Positions 41,990-55,233 of a DNA stretch of 64,000 nt are shown here, one piece after another. The stretch is from Eledone cirrhosa (lineage: Eukaryota), in NCBI GenBank assembly GCA_964016885.1, contig OZ024750.1:6386001-6450000 (forward strand). The letters are read 5' to 3'. Numbering within the stretch: position 1 is the stretch's first letter; each line of letters starts with the position of its first letter. The translations under genes and the position numbers were made by a program. A model generated the notes under the pieces. That model worked only from the letters and a program-made list of their open reading frames with translations. It was not told the origin of the DNA and ran no database searches.

Positions 41990-42190
41990 TCTCTTTCCTG
42001 GGACATTCTAACCACATGCCCATAGTATCAGAGCTGTGATCTCTGAATTTGGAGAAGTAGCGGCTTTACCTGGAGTGACTCTCTGATCTCCGAGCGACGC
42101 ACTGTATCGAGTAACGTAACACAAAACACCTTTCGAAGGAACCACATTTCAGCCGCTTGTATTCGCGATCGTATTCTTTCGGCCATTACG
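41990..42190 (-). pseudogene. RTE-clade (Expander/Rex3-like) LINE reverse transcriptase, C-terminal fragment
   Basis: MAERIRSRIQAAEMWFLRKV..VTLLDTVRRSEIRESLQVKPLLLQIQRSQL*YYGHVVRM matches the typical RTE pattern (AAEM.FLR ... QLRW.GH..RM); in-frame stop. Confidence 0.85.
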
Positions 42191-42490
42191 AAACTCTTTC
42201 TTTGAAATTCATGCCATTTCCTTCTCAGCTCACACAGTTTTTGAATATAGACACATTTCGCAGCCGAAATTATAAAGATAAACTTCAAAATAAACGTGTG
42301 GTGCTGTCTGAGTTCATCTGTTGATACAATAGAAATAGATTCAATGATATGATAGAAATTTCAAGGTGGTTTGAGATGCTTACAACTAATTAATGTGTAC
42401 TTCAATATTTCCTGTCTGTTCTAGAGATTTCTGTTGCGTTTCAGCTCAATCTTCTCTACTCATGTTCACTACACATAAAGTTGTATTAGC

Positions 42491-42521
<31 letters not shown>

Positions 42522-42657
42522 TATAATATATATATATATAATATATATATAATATATATATAATATATATATAATATATATATATATATAATATATATAT
42601 AATATATATATATAATACGATATTAACAAATGGAAACTATATTTATAAAACCATATT

Positions 42658-42722
42658 TATTTCATTATACATATTTCAAGGACACCAAGTTAAATTATGG
42701 TGTGCTTTCATCAGATAAAATA
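42658..42722 (-). ncRNA. Type I hammerhead ribozyme motif (mirror copy)
   Basis: Exact reverse complement of 42947-43011. Confidence 0.8.
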
Positions 42723-42946
42723 TAATATAGATCAGTTTAATAAATAAATATTGACATACCCTTAAAGAATGCAACCATTGCTGATGGAAGCTCCCGGATA
42801 GTGGGATATTTTTATTTTAAAAATAAAAATATCCGATACTAATAATATAAGTAAAGCTACAACTCCACTATCCGGGAGCTTCCAACAGCAATGGTTGCAT
42901 TATTTAAGGGTATGTCAATATTTATTTATTAAACTGATCTATATTA

Positions 42947-43011
42947 TATTTTATCTGATGAAAGCACACCATAATTTAACTTGGTGTCCTTGAAATATGT
43001 ATAATGAAATA
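42947..43011 (+). ncRNA. Type I hammerhead ribozyme motif with intact core
   Basis: uauuuuau-CUGAUGA-AAGcACACCA..UGGUGUcCUU-GAAA-UauguA-UA-augaaaua; 8-bp stem I, 9-bp stem II, AUA site. Confidence 0.8.
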
Positions 43012-43264
43012 AATATGGTTTTATAAATATAGTTTCCATTTGTTAATATCGTATTTTTACTCCAAATATTTGTTGAGTGCTTTATATCAGTTATAAAAAT
43101 ATTTGCTTGTTGTATCCCAACAATTTAAATAGAACTTTTACATATATATATAATATATATATATATATATAGCTATATATATTTCTTTAATTTCTTTAGT
43201 CAAACTACGGCGATAGCTTACATTTATAATAATTTCAAACCCGCTCGGTGTTTCGAAATATTCT

Positions 43265-43341
<77 letters not shown>

Positions 43342-43795
43342 GAGATCACTCAAGAAGCTGACGTTTATGAGATTAGAAAATAAGCTGTCATTAACTGTCC
43401 GATCTCTCAAACATACTTTACAAATATTCTATGCTGACAATTCTGCGTGCACACCTAAAAGCTTAATTAAAACTACCGCGAGTTTTATTCTGAATACCAG
43501 TTTTGCGGCATCTTAGTTTATGAGAGAGAATTTCTTCAAATGTTTCAAGTTTCTTCAGTAATGTAAATTGACATTGTTGATAAACAGCATACTTCAATGT
43601 TTGTTAAGGCATTAATATTTATCTAAGGTTGTGTAGATTTTATCAACCAATGAATTTGAAGTTTTCACTACTAGCCTTGAGAATTCTGTAAATGGCTCTC
43701 ACTTTATTTGGAATAGAAAGGATAATATAGAAGACACTTCCTCATAGCGACCACAGACTCATGACTGAAACAAGTAAAAGAATATATATATACAC

Positions 43796-43847
<52 letters not shown>

Positions 43848-43944
43848 GTATATATATATACATATGTATATATATATATATACATATGTATATATATATA
43901 TACATACATACATACATACATACATACATACATACATACATACA

Positions 43945-43977
<33 letters not shown>

Positions 43978-45346
43978 GGTTTGGTAGGCCAATAGAGAAA
44001 ACTGGAGAGAGAGAAAATATAAAAATATATATACTGTTCATTTTTTTATTTTTTGCAAACATTTCTCTTTAACCCTTTCCTTCCCAAACTCTACATTCAT
44101 TTTTTTCTCTCCTCCTCTTTTCTCTGCTTAACAAACTAATCATTCTTCAACTCCCACTACCTCCTGAATATACATATTTAATTATTTATATCACTATTTA
44201 TTCCCTCCTATTTCTTTATCTTTCTCTCTCCCTCTCATTCTTTCCCCTCGCCAATATCTGCAAGATATTTGAAATCTCGCCAGAATCTCTAACATAAATC
44301 ACCACCTCAAGATGTAATCCTCCGAGTAAGTACAAAACCCTAGCTAAGAAGAATGTACTGAATCACTCCCTCTGCCATCTTGCTGCTTCTATGCAGTTAT
44401 GTATGTCAATGGCAACTCGCCATTATTGCTAGCAGATTTATGTTGGTTGTCTTCATTTTCTGCTTTTTTTTTCTTTCCACTCTTCATCTAACATCTATCT
44501 GTTGTAATAGTCTACTGTTATGTCAGTTAGTCTGATGTAGATTAGATATACTTACACAGCCCAGGGATGTGGATACAACGTTCTGGCATATAACGTATTG
44601 TCGCTATTATACGGTGATGCATGCATATACGCATTCAATATTCTATATGCTATTTTTTTCTACACACACACACACACACACAAACATATATATATATATA
44701 TACAGACACACGTATATATACATAGACACGTACATGCATATATCCACACAGCGACATGTACATACATATATACACACACACACATACACATATACATACA
44801 TACATACATATATACAACAGACACACGTACATACATATATACAACACACACGTACGTACGTACGTACATACATACATACACACGTACGTAATACGTACAT
44901 AAATACATACACACACACACACACGTACATGCATATATACACACACACACGTACATACATATATACATACATACACACGTACGTAATACGTACATATATA
45001 CATACACACACACACACACACATACATACAGACATACAAATGCATCCATGCACAGCAAATTTTGCCAGTGTATCTCATTCAATGTATGGGTTGTCGATTT
45101 GTTGTAAATTTAAGAAGTCTGAAGATTGATTGACTCTTGGCAACGAATACAAAAGCGCTCAAACGGTTCTGTAGTTCAAATCCTGCCTAAGGCAAAATAA
45201 CCTTTCATTTCTATTCATGCCAACTGGTTAAGTAAAATAAGATCTAACCAAATCAACAACAACAATAAAAGAAAGAACTTGTTATGCTTTCAGATGTCAA
45301 ACTTACTGTCTATTTCAGATAAGTTAAAGATTATTAATTGAGAATG

Positions 45347-45485
45347 GTTAACCTCGGCGGGGGTTTGAACTCAGACCATATGGCCCGTTATGGCCTGAGT
45401 TCAAATCCCACCGAGGTTAACTTTGCCCTTCATCCTTACGTGGTCGATAAAATAAAGTACCTTGTGCCAAAAGTAGAAACAATTA
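45347..45485 (+). mobile_element. SINE family 1 with inverted 5' duplication and 14-bp TSD
   Basis: gttaacctcggcggggtttgaactcag / ctgagttcaaatcccaccgaggttaac; attaattgagaatg at 45333 and 45482. Confidence 0.85.
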
Positions 45486-45516
45486 ATTGAGAATGATGAA
45501 GGTATGATATGGATAT

Positions 45517-45688
45517 AATTGTGTCTACTTTAGGCACAAGGCCAGCAATTACTCAGTACATTACTGGTACTTTATTTTATCGACTCCGTAAGGGTGAAAG
45601 GCAAAATTAACCTCGATGGGATTTGAACTCAGGTAACTATGCTAGAAAACATGGCGTCCGACTCTACCGATACTGCCAATTCGCCGCT
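45517..45688 (-). mobile_element. SINE family 1
   Basis: Consensus match including box A and box B. Confidence 0.88.
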
Positions 45689-46613
45689 TTGCTAAATAAA
45701 GTGTGTGATTCATTGGAAACAAATCTTTTGTTATGTGTGCTGTGATAAGGACGGGAACTGTAACAACGAGGAGGATGAAAACGATTTCCATTTAAATAGA
45801 GTTGAACAGCTATGTTAAAACCCTAATGTAGAACTGCTACAAAACCTCGGCTTACATGTTAAGACCCAATCTAAAAATTTCTGAACAATTGAGGTTGTGC
45901 ACCAGGAAAGGGGTGCGCCCTAGAAAGAACCCCCCCCCCCCAAAAAAAAAACGTGTCCATAATGGCTCCGCACATATCAGAAGGTTTATACTTCCTTTAA
46001 GAATTAAAGAACCTATCTTAGTTCGTCGAAACCACAATAGCAACTCTGACATCCATTTAAATAAAGATAACAACTGAACCGCAACTTGTAAGCAGAGGAA
46101 AAACACATACATTCCTTACCCTAAATTTTACGTTAAATTTAACCTTCAAATTTCCGCAAAGGGTTTAAAGACACGCTTACATTGTTAGTTGCTGCATCGT
46201 TTGATGATGTCCGTAGGGAAATGGATGTGTGTGGTCTAGTTTACACGAAAGAAACAGACAAACAAGTCTAGTTTATGAACGAAGCTAAATATACAAATGT
46301 ATGTTTTACTTAATAAGTTGAAACGAGAAGTCTATAATAAAATACTCTGAAATCACTGAAACAGATTTCAAACACATTGCCTGTATGTGTTTTTTTTTTG
46401 GGGGGGGGGGGGGGAGCTGTGTGTGTGGTGGAAAAATGGGGTAAACAACATTAAAAATAACAAAAACGGAGACAAAGAACAAATGAAAATTGGCATGGAG
46501 AAAATAATCGAACAGGAAAAAGAAAACAAGTAAAATTATATAAATATATATATATATATATATATAAAATACAAGGACGATTTGTTAAGCCTTCATTACG
46601 TTTATTAATTTGT

Positions 46614-46692
46614 GACGCGCGATTCGCTATTGATCAGCTCAAGGCTCGATCTATATCGATCTGGCCCGACTCTGGAATCAAAAGCTCGTCGG
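46614..46692 (-). ncRNA. Degenerate hammerhead motif related to family D
   Basis: Reverse complement CcGACGA-GCuuUUGAU..ccagagucggg..gagcug AUCAAuaGC-GAAu-CgcgcG-UC; stem I poor; between TA runs. Confidence 0.5.
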
Positions 46693-47371
46693 ATCTCTGC
46701 TGTTTTAATGACAGAATGAACATTAAACTACCTGTATATATATATAGAGAGAGAGAGAGTGTAGACTCTACAATGTAGAGTATACTCCTTTATTTATATG
46801 AAGCTAGTACTTTACTTGAAATATTGTAAAATATGCAGAGCAGGTGTCCTCTCTTCTCCGTCAGATTTTGTTACAATATCTAAAACTTTATTTGGATTGT
46901 AGCAGCTTACAAACGACACACAAGGAAAATATAGGAAACAAACATTTACACCAAACTAGCGATTACATCGTCCAGTGTGTCCTTTTATATCCAAGACTGT
47001 ATTGTGTGAAAGCTGGGAGATTTGGTTACTATTTTTAACAGATCATGTGACACGTAGATGCTTCGTCTTTGAGGCATGAGACTGTGTAAACTATAAACGG
47101 GAATGAAGTTTCAAATAAATGTAATTTCGCGGTGGTTCTATTGCATTTGAACCTAAGAAATGTGAGGGTTAGTGATAAAAGTGAGCTCTTAGGCGTAGGA
47201 GATACACAGCTTTGTGTACCTCCTGCGCCTAAGAAACAATGCATCGGTGTCTTAAGAGTGAATATATATTGATATATGAACAAACATGTACTGAATTATG
47301 TTTGAACCGCTGTTGCTTCTATGTTCGGCTCAATCAAATTGCGGTTACATATATATATTCAAACTTGTTAA

Positions 47372-47419
<48 letters not shown>

Positions 47420-47745
47420 TAATAAGTTAGAAAGATTGATGTGTATTCGATAACATTATTTTTGTATATTGCATTAGACGTAAGGCTTTATCTATCAGTC
47501 TTTGATCTCTCTGTCGCTGACATTTCATGTTTGAAAACAACCATTATCCTAGCCATTCTGATCTCTTGTTTATAAAGAAATTAGGCATCTGGTTCATCAT
47601 TGTCACTTCACAAAATTGACTTATTCAGAATGGCACATTATGGAACATATTTTCGTAAACTTGAAACAAATATAACGGCAACATAGTAAACAGATTTATG
47701 GTCACATACACATATATCTATCTACCTATATATATATATATACAC

Positions 47746-47785
<40 letters not shown>

Positions 47786-48108
47786 GAATTTACAGCATCT
47801 AGACTTCTCACCCCTCATTATAGTAACGCGCTCGACAACATTAAGGTATCAACAGAAATATTTTTGAAATATATAACTCATAGATGCAAATAAGCGAAAG
47901 TGACAGTCCATATTCAGTGGAAGAGAAAAATGGCAGCAGAGAAAATTCCAACACGCCGACAGGCAGGCTAAGTTTAGACATATTTTTAATATAAACCATT
48001 AAGAAAGTGACAGTTTGTATTTAGCAGAACAGAAACAAGTTTTAATAGAGGACAACCAGTGAAGACACCTGAATATAACTATATACTAGAGGAAGGGGTT
48101 GTTGTTGT

Positions 48109-48142
<34 letters not shown>

Positions 48143-48352
48143 AAGACCAGAAAGAGAAGACAGGATCACACATGAATTTAGCAGAATCAAATTAAAATTT
48201 CAGAATCTACGTATAAACAAAAAAAGAAAGAAATTCGACATATGTGTTGAAATAATTTCCCGTGGAGGCAGTTGATTTAACTATTGTATAAGATATATAG
48301 CATGGCTGAATATATACTCTAGCATATATAATGAATAAATACAGAGACAGGA

Positions 48353-49387
<1,035 letters not shown>

Positions 49388-49622
49388 GTAATACTAAAAA
49401 TTGTGAAGACTAAAATCCGAAGAGGGCTCGATAAGGATTATATATATATAAACCGTAGAGTAAATATTTCTTAAAATAACAGATTAAAGTTTAAGCAAAG
49501 AATCTCTGCTTTCACCCATAACGGGATCTTCTGAAACTAAAAAAAAATTTGTTTAGTTTCAGAAGATCTCGTTATGGGTGAAAGCAGAGATTCTCTGCTT
49601 AAACTTTAATCTGTTGATTTAA
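49388..49622. mobile_element. Family F fold-back element in (TA)n
   Basis: 71-bp arms 49471-49541 and 49552-49622 (67/71), tail 49388-49470. Confidence 0.85.
49555..49605 (+). ncRNA. Variant type I hammerhead motif (CAGAAGA core)
   Basis: aguuu-CAGAAGA-uCUCguuauGGGu-GAAA-GCAGAGauuCUCUGC-UU-aaacu; mirror copy on the minus strand at about 49488-49538. Confidence 0.6.
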
Positions 49623-49817
49623 TATATATATATATATATATAAATACAATATCGGAGAAAGCTTTTTAGCGATACTCCGGCCAAATTCCAACTCACTCAA
49701 CAAACATTAGGAAATAAGTGATTATATTCCCAATTATGTGTTCGGGGTGCTAACTAAAAGTATTGCGTGGAAAATTGGCTGTATTATTTCAAATGAGACA
49801 TATCTAATATATCTCTT

Positions 49818-49944
49818 CCCAGACGGACGTCTCGTTTCATTATAGAATTCCTACAATTTGGGTGAAATTATATCAATTTATGTAGGAGCTTGTATACCAT
49901 CAATAGATATATATTCAAGTGGGCTCCTATAATTCATCAGTGGG
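49818..49944 (-). ncRNA. Type I hammerhead ribozyme motif, canonical core, ~95-nt stem II domain (family H)
   Basis: ccca-CUGAUGA-AUUAUAGGA...UUCUAUAAU-GAAA-CGagacgucCG-UC-uggg; GUC site. Confidence 0.75.
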
Positions 49945-50198
49945 TGCCCCAATAATACTAATATTGATAATCTAACCAATATCAGCATTTAGCGATAATC
50001 ACTTTTTGTGCCTGAGGTATCTGTCAGGTTGCCAGTCCAGCAGTTCTAAAGAAGTGCTCGAACTGATTCAAAAAATGAGGAAGTGAATTACCGCCAAAAA
50101 AAAAAACAATACATGCGCGTGACAATGAACTCTGAAAGGAATTCAGGCCAAGTGCTAAGAACTCAATTGGAAATTGAAAAAATATCTGTGTGTACAAC

Positions 50199-50273
<75 letters not shown>

Positions 50274-50684
50274 AGAATTGAAATATGTTTCTGGTATTTC
50301 GGTGTGGAATATGTAAATAGAAGTGAAATATGAAGCTATTGTATTAATTGTAACTAAAGTCATTAAACGATAAGAGCTGATCTTTCCATCATGTTTGTTC
50401 AGAGGTGGATTACAGATGTGTGGATCAAATACTGAAGTGAGAGGATTTCACTTCACTGTATTACTCTGCTTCATATCACTATATTATGCCTATTATAGAG
50501 ATGATTAGGATGATAACCTACACTGTATCGCCCTCTATCGTCTTTAATGTTTCCCTTATGTGAACCCTGTGTGGCTAATAAAGAAATCATTATTATGATT
50601 TGAAAATCAGCATCAGATCTCATATTTTTGGCGCAAAAATAATTAAACGGTTAGATAATTTAAAATAATTATTTATACATTAGT

Positions 50685-50860
50685 CACAAGGCCAGAAATT
50701 TTGGGGGAAGTGAAAATTGATTAAATAGACCCCAGTGCGTTACTGGTACTTTATTTATCGACCCATTTAGGATAAAAGTAGATATATTAAAATAATTGTT
50801 TCTACTTTAGGCACAAGTCCAGCAACAGTACGTTACTGGTGCTTTATTTATTGACCCCAT
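50685..50860 (-). mobile_element. Two SINE family 1 3' fragments
   Basis: ttactggtactttatttatcgacccatt; aattgtttctactttaggcacaag. Confidence 0.75.
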
Positions 50861-51232
50861 AATGATAACAGTAGATAATTTAAAATAATAACATTGGAAA
50901 ATTTCCAACGGGTGCCTTCTAACCGATATAACCATTCAATCATTTTTAACTAACCAGAGAAGTGAACGGGTGTTTCTGTATTTATGATGAACTAAATATC
51001 ATCTGTAGTGAAATTACTTGAATTCCAGAGCTTTTTACAGCCAATAAAACTTGCTCTGCAGTGTGCAATGGGCAAACATATATAACAAATGTTGCTATTT
51101 TCTGCCATCGCAGACGATGAAGCATCTGCTTGTCTTAAATAAATAGATCATATTAAACTGTAAATAAGGTGAAGTGAGATGTAATGAAAACGTTAATTAT
51201 ACTTAAAAAGCTTGCTACTTTCTATACGTTAC

Positions 51233-51292
<60 letters not shown>
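51233..51292. repeat. (TAG)n microsatellite
   Basis: Direct reading. Confidence 0.95.
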
Positions 51293-51293
<1 letters not shown>

Positions 51294-51777
51294 TGAATTC
51301 CTGTTATACAGATTGAGGTTTCGTACAACGAGAAATGTTGCTGATAAATCGAAACAGCTGAATGAATACGATATCCTGTTGTTTTGAAGAGGTGTGAGTA
51401 AATCTACTAATGAAGTCTTGTTCGTGTGTTGGTCAAAAGTTGCATTATAGACAATACTGTCGTGTGTGTACGTGTGTAATTCAAGTGCAACAATGAAAAC
51501 CAGCATGCAGAAATATATAATTTCAAAAGCAAAGAAACTATTTAAGAAATAGATCTACTCTTATAAATAAAGCAACGAGTTCTTCTCCAACATGTATCGC
51601 TGGATAGTCATTACGAAGTATCCAGTTGCTGGTTCTTATTGCCTCTTAGGATTGTGGAGTAGGATCTGGGGAGAAGGAAAGCAGAAAATTACCAGAACTA
51701 AGCCGACATATTTCTTCACATATTCTCCACCCTTTATGTAATCATTACTCTTTTGATACAATCACAAGTACGTCTAA

Positions 51778-52055
51778 TGTGGTCGTTTGACATGCTAGAA
51801 ACAGCAACTAAATCTCCCTTAAATAATTGTTTCTACTTTTGGCACAAGGCCAGTTATTATCCAAGTGCATTACTGGTACTTTATTTTATCGATAACATAA
51901 AGTACCAGTAATGTACTGGATAATTGCTGGCCTTGTGCCAAAAGTAGAAACAATTAAATAATACAGTCACCCTACATATATATAAAACTGCTGGATGGAC
52001 ATAGCTGGAATGCTTTCATCATAGGTTTACTGGATCAGGGCTGGCCTGGGGCTAA
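51778..52055 (+). mobile_element. SINE-like family 3 copy interrupted by a SINE 1 palindrome
   Basis: tgctagaaacagcaactaaatctccct ... ctggaatgctttcatcataggt..gatcagggctggcctggggctaaa; related copies near 2620, 4060, 54240, 54730 and 58950-59122 (the last with a (CAA)n tail). Confidence 0.7.
51824..51956. mobile_element. Spacerless palindrome of two SINE family 1 3' ends
   Basis: ~67-bp arms joined at ttatc|gataa (51890/51891). Confidence 0.88.
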
Positions 52056-52690
52056 AAAAAAATACAGCAACATTATTTCTTTCTCGGTGACCTGGTTTCC
52101 CTCTATAACTGACATTATCTCCGCTGGTTTCATTATTACTAGCTAATATAACCACCTTTTCCCATTGTCTGATTTGCTATACCTAATAACATTACTACCC
52201 CTCTCCGCCATTACTCCTTCATACTATGCCCCTCTTAGAATTTTAGACACTATCTCCCCTATCAATACCAAAGAGTCGCCAAAATTTGATATTAAGCCCA
52301 AGTGTTCCGTTAAATTTCTTTTAAAGAACTGCTTCTCTGTCAACAAAGATTAAAGTTGATGTCAGCTTAGGCCTGTAGAGAACATATCACTGGTATTTTA
52401 CTCATCATGTATTTGACACACACCCACACACAAACATTTGCACACACACACGGACACACACACACATACACAACCACACACAAACATTTGCACACAGACA
52501 CAGACATACACACGGGCACACACACATACACACTTTTGTTCCTTTTTTGTAGCAAGTTCTCTCCTGGTTTGCCAACTAAAAATACAGCCCATTCTCCCGT
52601 AAAATGGACCTTATGAAAAGGAAGGAAATATAAATCAATGTAGACCTAGAGGATGAAAATATCGACATGAGTATAACTGGTAGAAGTTTG

Positions 52691-52780
52691 GTAGAAGTTA
52701 GTTCACCATACTGAGAATAAATGTTTCACCTTAAGCGGATCTTCCCGAGCTGAAGATCCGCTGTTGTGTTACTACTTATA
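52691..52780. mobile_element. Family A fold-back element, decayed
   Basis: ttagttcaccatactgagaataaatgtttcaccttaagcggatcttc followed by cgagCTGAAGAtccgc|tgttgtgttactactt, then (TA)n; homologous to 9484-9655. Confidence 0.8.
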
Positions 52781-52968
52781 CTTATATATATATATATATA
52801 CTCAGAAACGTAGTTGGTGGTAGGAAGGGCATCCAGCAGTAGAATTCAATCACCCCGCTGACTCATGGAAGACAGTAGCTTTGATTAAGTACTGACTTGG
52901 AATGTAATGACATGTCCAACCCAAGCTTCCATGGACAATCAGCCGTAAATTGATTTTACACACACACG

Positions 52969-53103
<135 letters not shown>

Positions 53104-54539
53104 GTGTAGATAGGTAAAGTGTAAATTAAACTTGGCAGCAATCGATAAGATAAAACCTTGTATTTCATTTAACAATTTCCGTTAGACGAAAATACGTATA
53201 TTTGATGTCTATCACTTCCTGATTTAATTGAAAAAGTGATAATTTATGTTTCATACGGCATTACCATTCTCACATTTTCATACATTTGCTTTTCCTTTGC
53301 TTGATTTTTATAAATATTTTGTCTTAAGCTCTTGTTCAAACATGCAAACATACATATATAGATATATACATATACATCCAAGTCTGTGTATGTACGTGTA
53401 CAATTTGACCAATGCAGAATTAAGAATCGCAGTTTATATCTCTTTCAGACTATGGGGAGCCGAACTTAATGCTTTCTATTCCTATACAGTAATACCGTTG
53501 TGTCTGGGAATAAGATATCATTGTGTACTATCATTTCTTGGAGCTGATTAGATTTATATCACTTCCTTATTATTTCGAGTTCAAGTCTCACTGACTTTTG
53601 AATAGGTATTGGGAGCTCAAAATTAAACTCGACTCCAACGTCATTTGAACTCGTTTCATTAAATCTATATGCTACTAGTTCGGCACTTTATCATTTGTGT
53701 CACTTCATCTCCCTACTACTAAAACAGCAGAAATATTTCCGATCAAATTTTTATCCAGAGTAACCCACGGGGTATGAGGACAGTTGTGTGTGTGTGTCTG
53801 TATATGTGTGTGTGTCTGTGTGTGTGTTTCCAAATGTAAAAGGATGAGTTAATTGGTTAAAAAGGACATCATATGTAAACCGAATTCCTCTGCCATAGAA
53901 TCAGCGGGATGTTTGCTCTGGCAGGTCAGCATCATCTCACCAAATAGACATCTGACAGCTAAACGAACTCTTTAGCTTTAAATTTGTCTTCTCCACTGAG
54001 GAATTTGGTACCTAACTGACAGACCCAGTTTGTATGGGACTCTGTCTACATGTTTCTGTGGCATTCTCTCTATATTCGTGCGAGGTTGATGTCAGTGTGT
54101 AGATACATTAATGGATATATGTGTGTTTCAATTAAGTTTGACGTATAATTCTGTGTTGTGTGCGAGGGTGTATGCTTATGGCTATGTGAAATTGTGTCAA
54201 TTTCCAACGTTTATTTTTTATGTCTGTTGTTTTTATCAATGTTTAACCCAAGGTCATTCCTGATTGAGTAGACTATGATCAAACACGTCTCGTCCTTGGT
54301 CAGCTCATCGTTTTCTGGTTTATTGTCCATATAGGCCTGCATATCGACTATGTCATTTTCTTTTAAATACGATAGGGTGTAATTAGAATATTTGGCTGAT
54401 ATTTCTAGCAGGCTGAACAACTTTTTTGTTTTTTGTATATCTATGGAGTTTTGTTGTTGTTGTTACAGCAGGTGTGGCTGGCCTCCTCCAAAGTATATCT
54501 CGTTGGAGGTGTCTTGGGTGATTTTAATGATAGGGATCC

Positions 54540-54697
54540 CAGTCCTATCATTTCATTTCTACAGCTGAGTAAACTGGAGTAACGTGAAATAAAGTGTCTT
54601 GCTCAAGGAAACAACACATCACTCGGTCCGAGAATTGAACTCACAACAATTCGATTGCAAGCCCAATGCTCTAACCACTAAGCCATGCGCCTTCACA
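54540..54697 (-). mobile_element. SINE family 2, 5' part
   Basis: Reverse complement gtgaaggcgcatggcttagtggttagagc (box A) ... gagttcaattc (box B) ... ccttgagcaagacactttatttcacg. Confidence 0.85.
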
Positions 54698-54939
54698 ATC
54701 CATATCTATGGAGTGCAGCTTTTTAACTCTAAGTCAAGCCTGATCGACCAGGTATGATTCAGCCTTAGTCATACCATCTTGTTTTAAGACATGGTGCATC
54801 AAAGACAACACTTTCCAATGAGTCCTTCTGATTTTAAGACAGCGTGAATTAAAGGATATTTGACCGTTCATGTTTAGATAGGTCACCTTTATTGGAATAA
54901 CCTTATAAACAAAAAACAACTGAAGAGTGTGTTGCGCCT

Positions 54940-55233
54940 TCGGTAGTTCTGACGACGAGTGCTAGTCAATCGATAACAGCTAACCCGTGACATTAGTGTT
55001 CAAGTGGATCCGCATTCTACAGAAAACTGTACTTTTAACGGAGTCCTCAGGGAGATTCAGCGTAGCACAGTGTATGATGAGGTTGGCCCCTTGAATAGCA
55101 TGTGCGACTCATTTTCTCCAACTGAGTGGTCAGGGGAAACGTAAGATAAAATGTCCTACATATGAATACAACGTACTGTTGGCCTTAACGATCATGAGTC
55201 GAATAGCCTAACTACTAAGTTACTTACCTTCAC
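54940..55233 (-). mobile_element. SINE family 2, diverged full-length copy
   Basis: Collinear similarity to 31380-31677. Confidence 0.7.

Larger units (their letters stand above)
42614..43140. mobile_element. Family E fold-back element in (TA)n
   Basis: 191-bp arms 42614-42804 and 42865-43055 (189/191), tail 43056-43140. Confidence 0.88.

Noticed and set aside
50083-50200. KKQYMRVTMNS, faintly like a GIY-YIG YIGET motif
   Set aside because: It needs several frameshifts and substitutions and is on the opposite strand to the adjacent hammerhead
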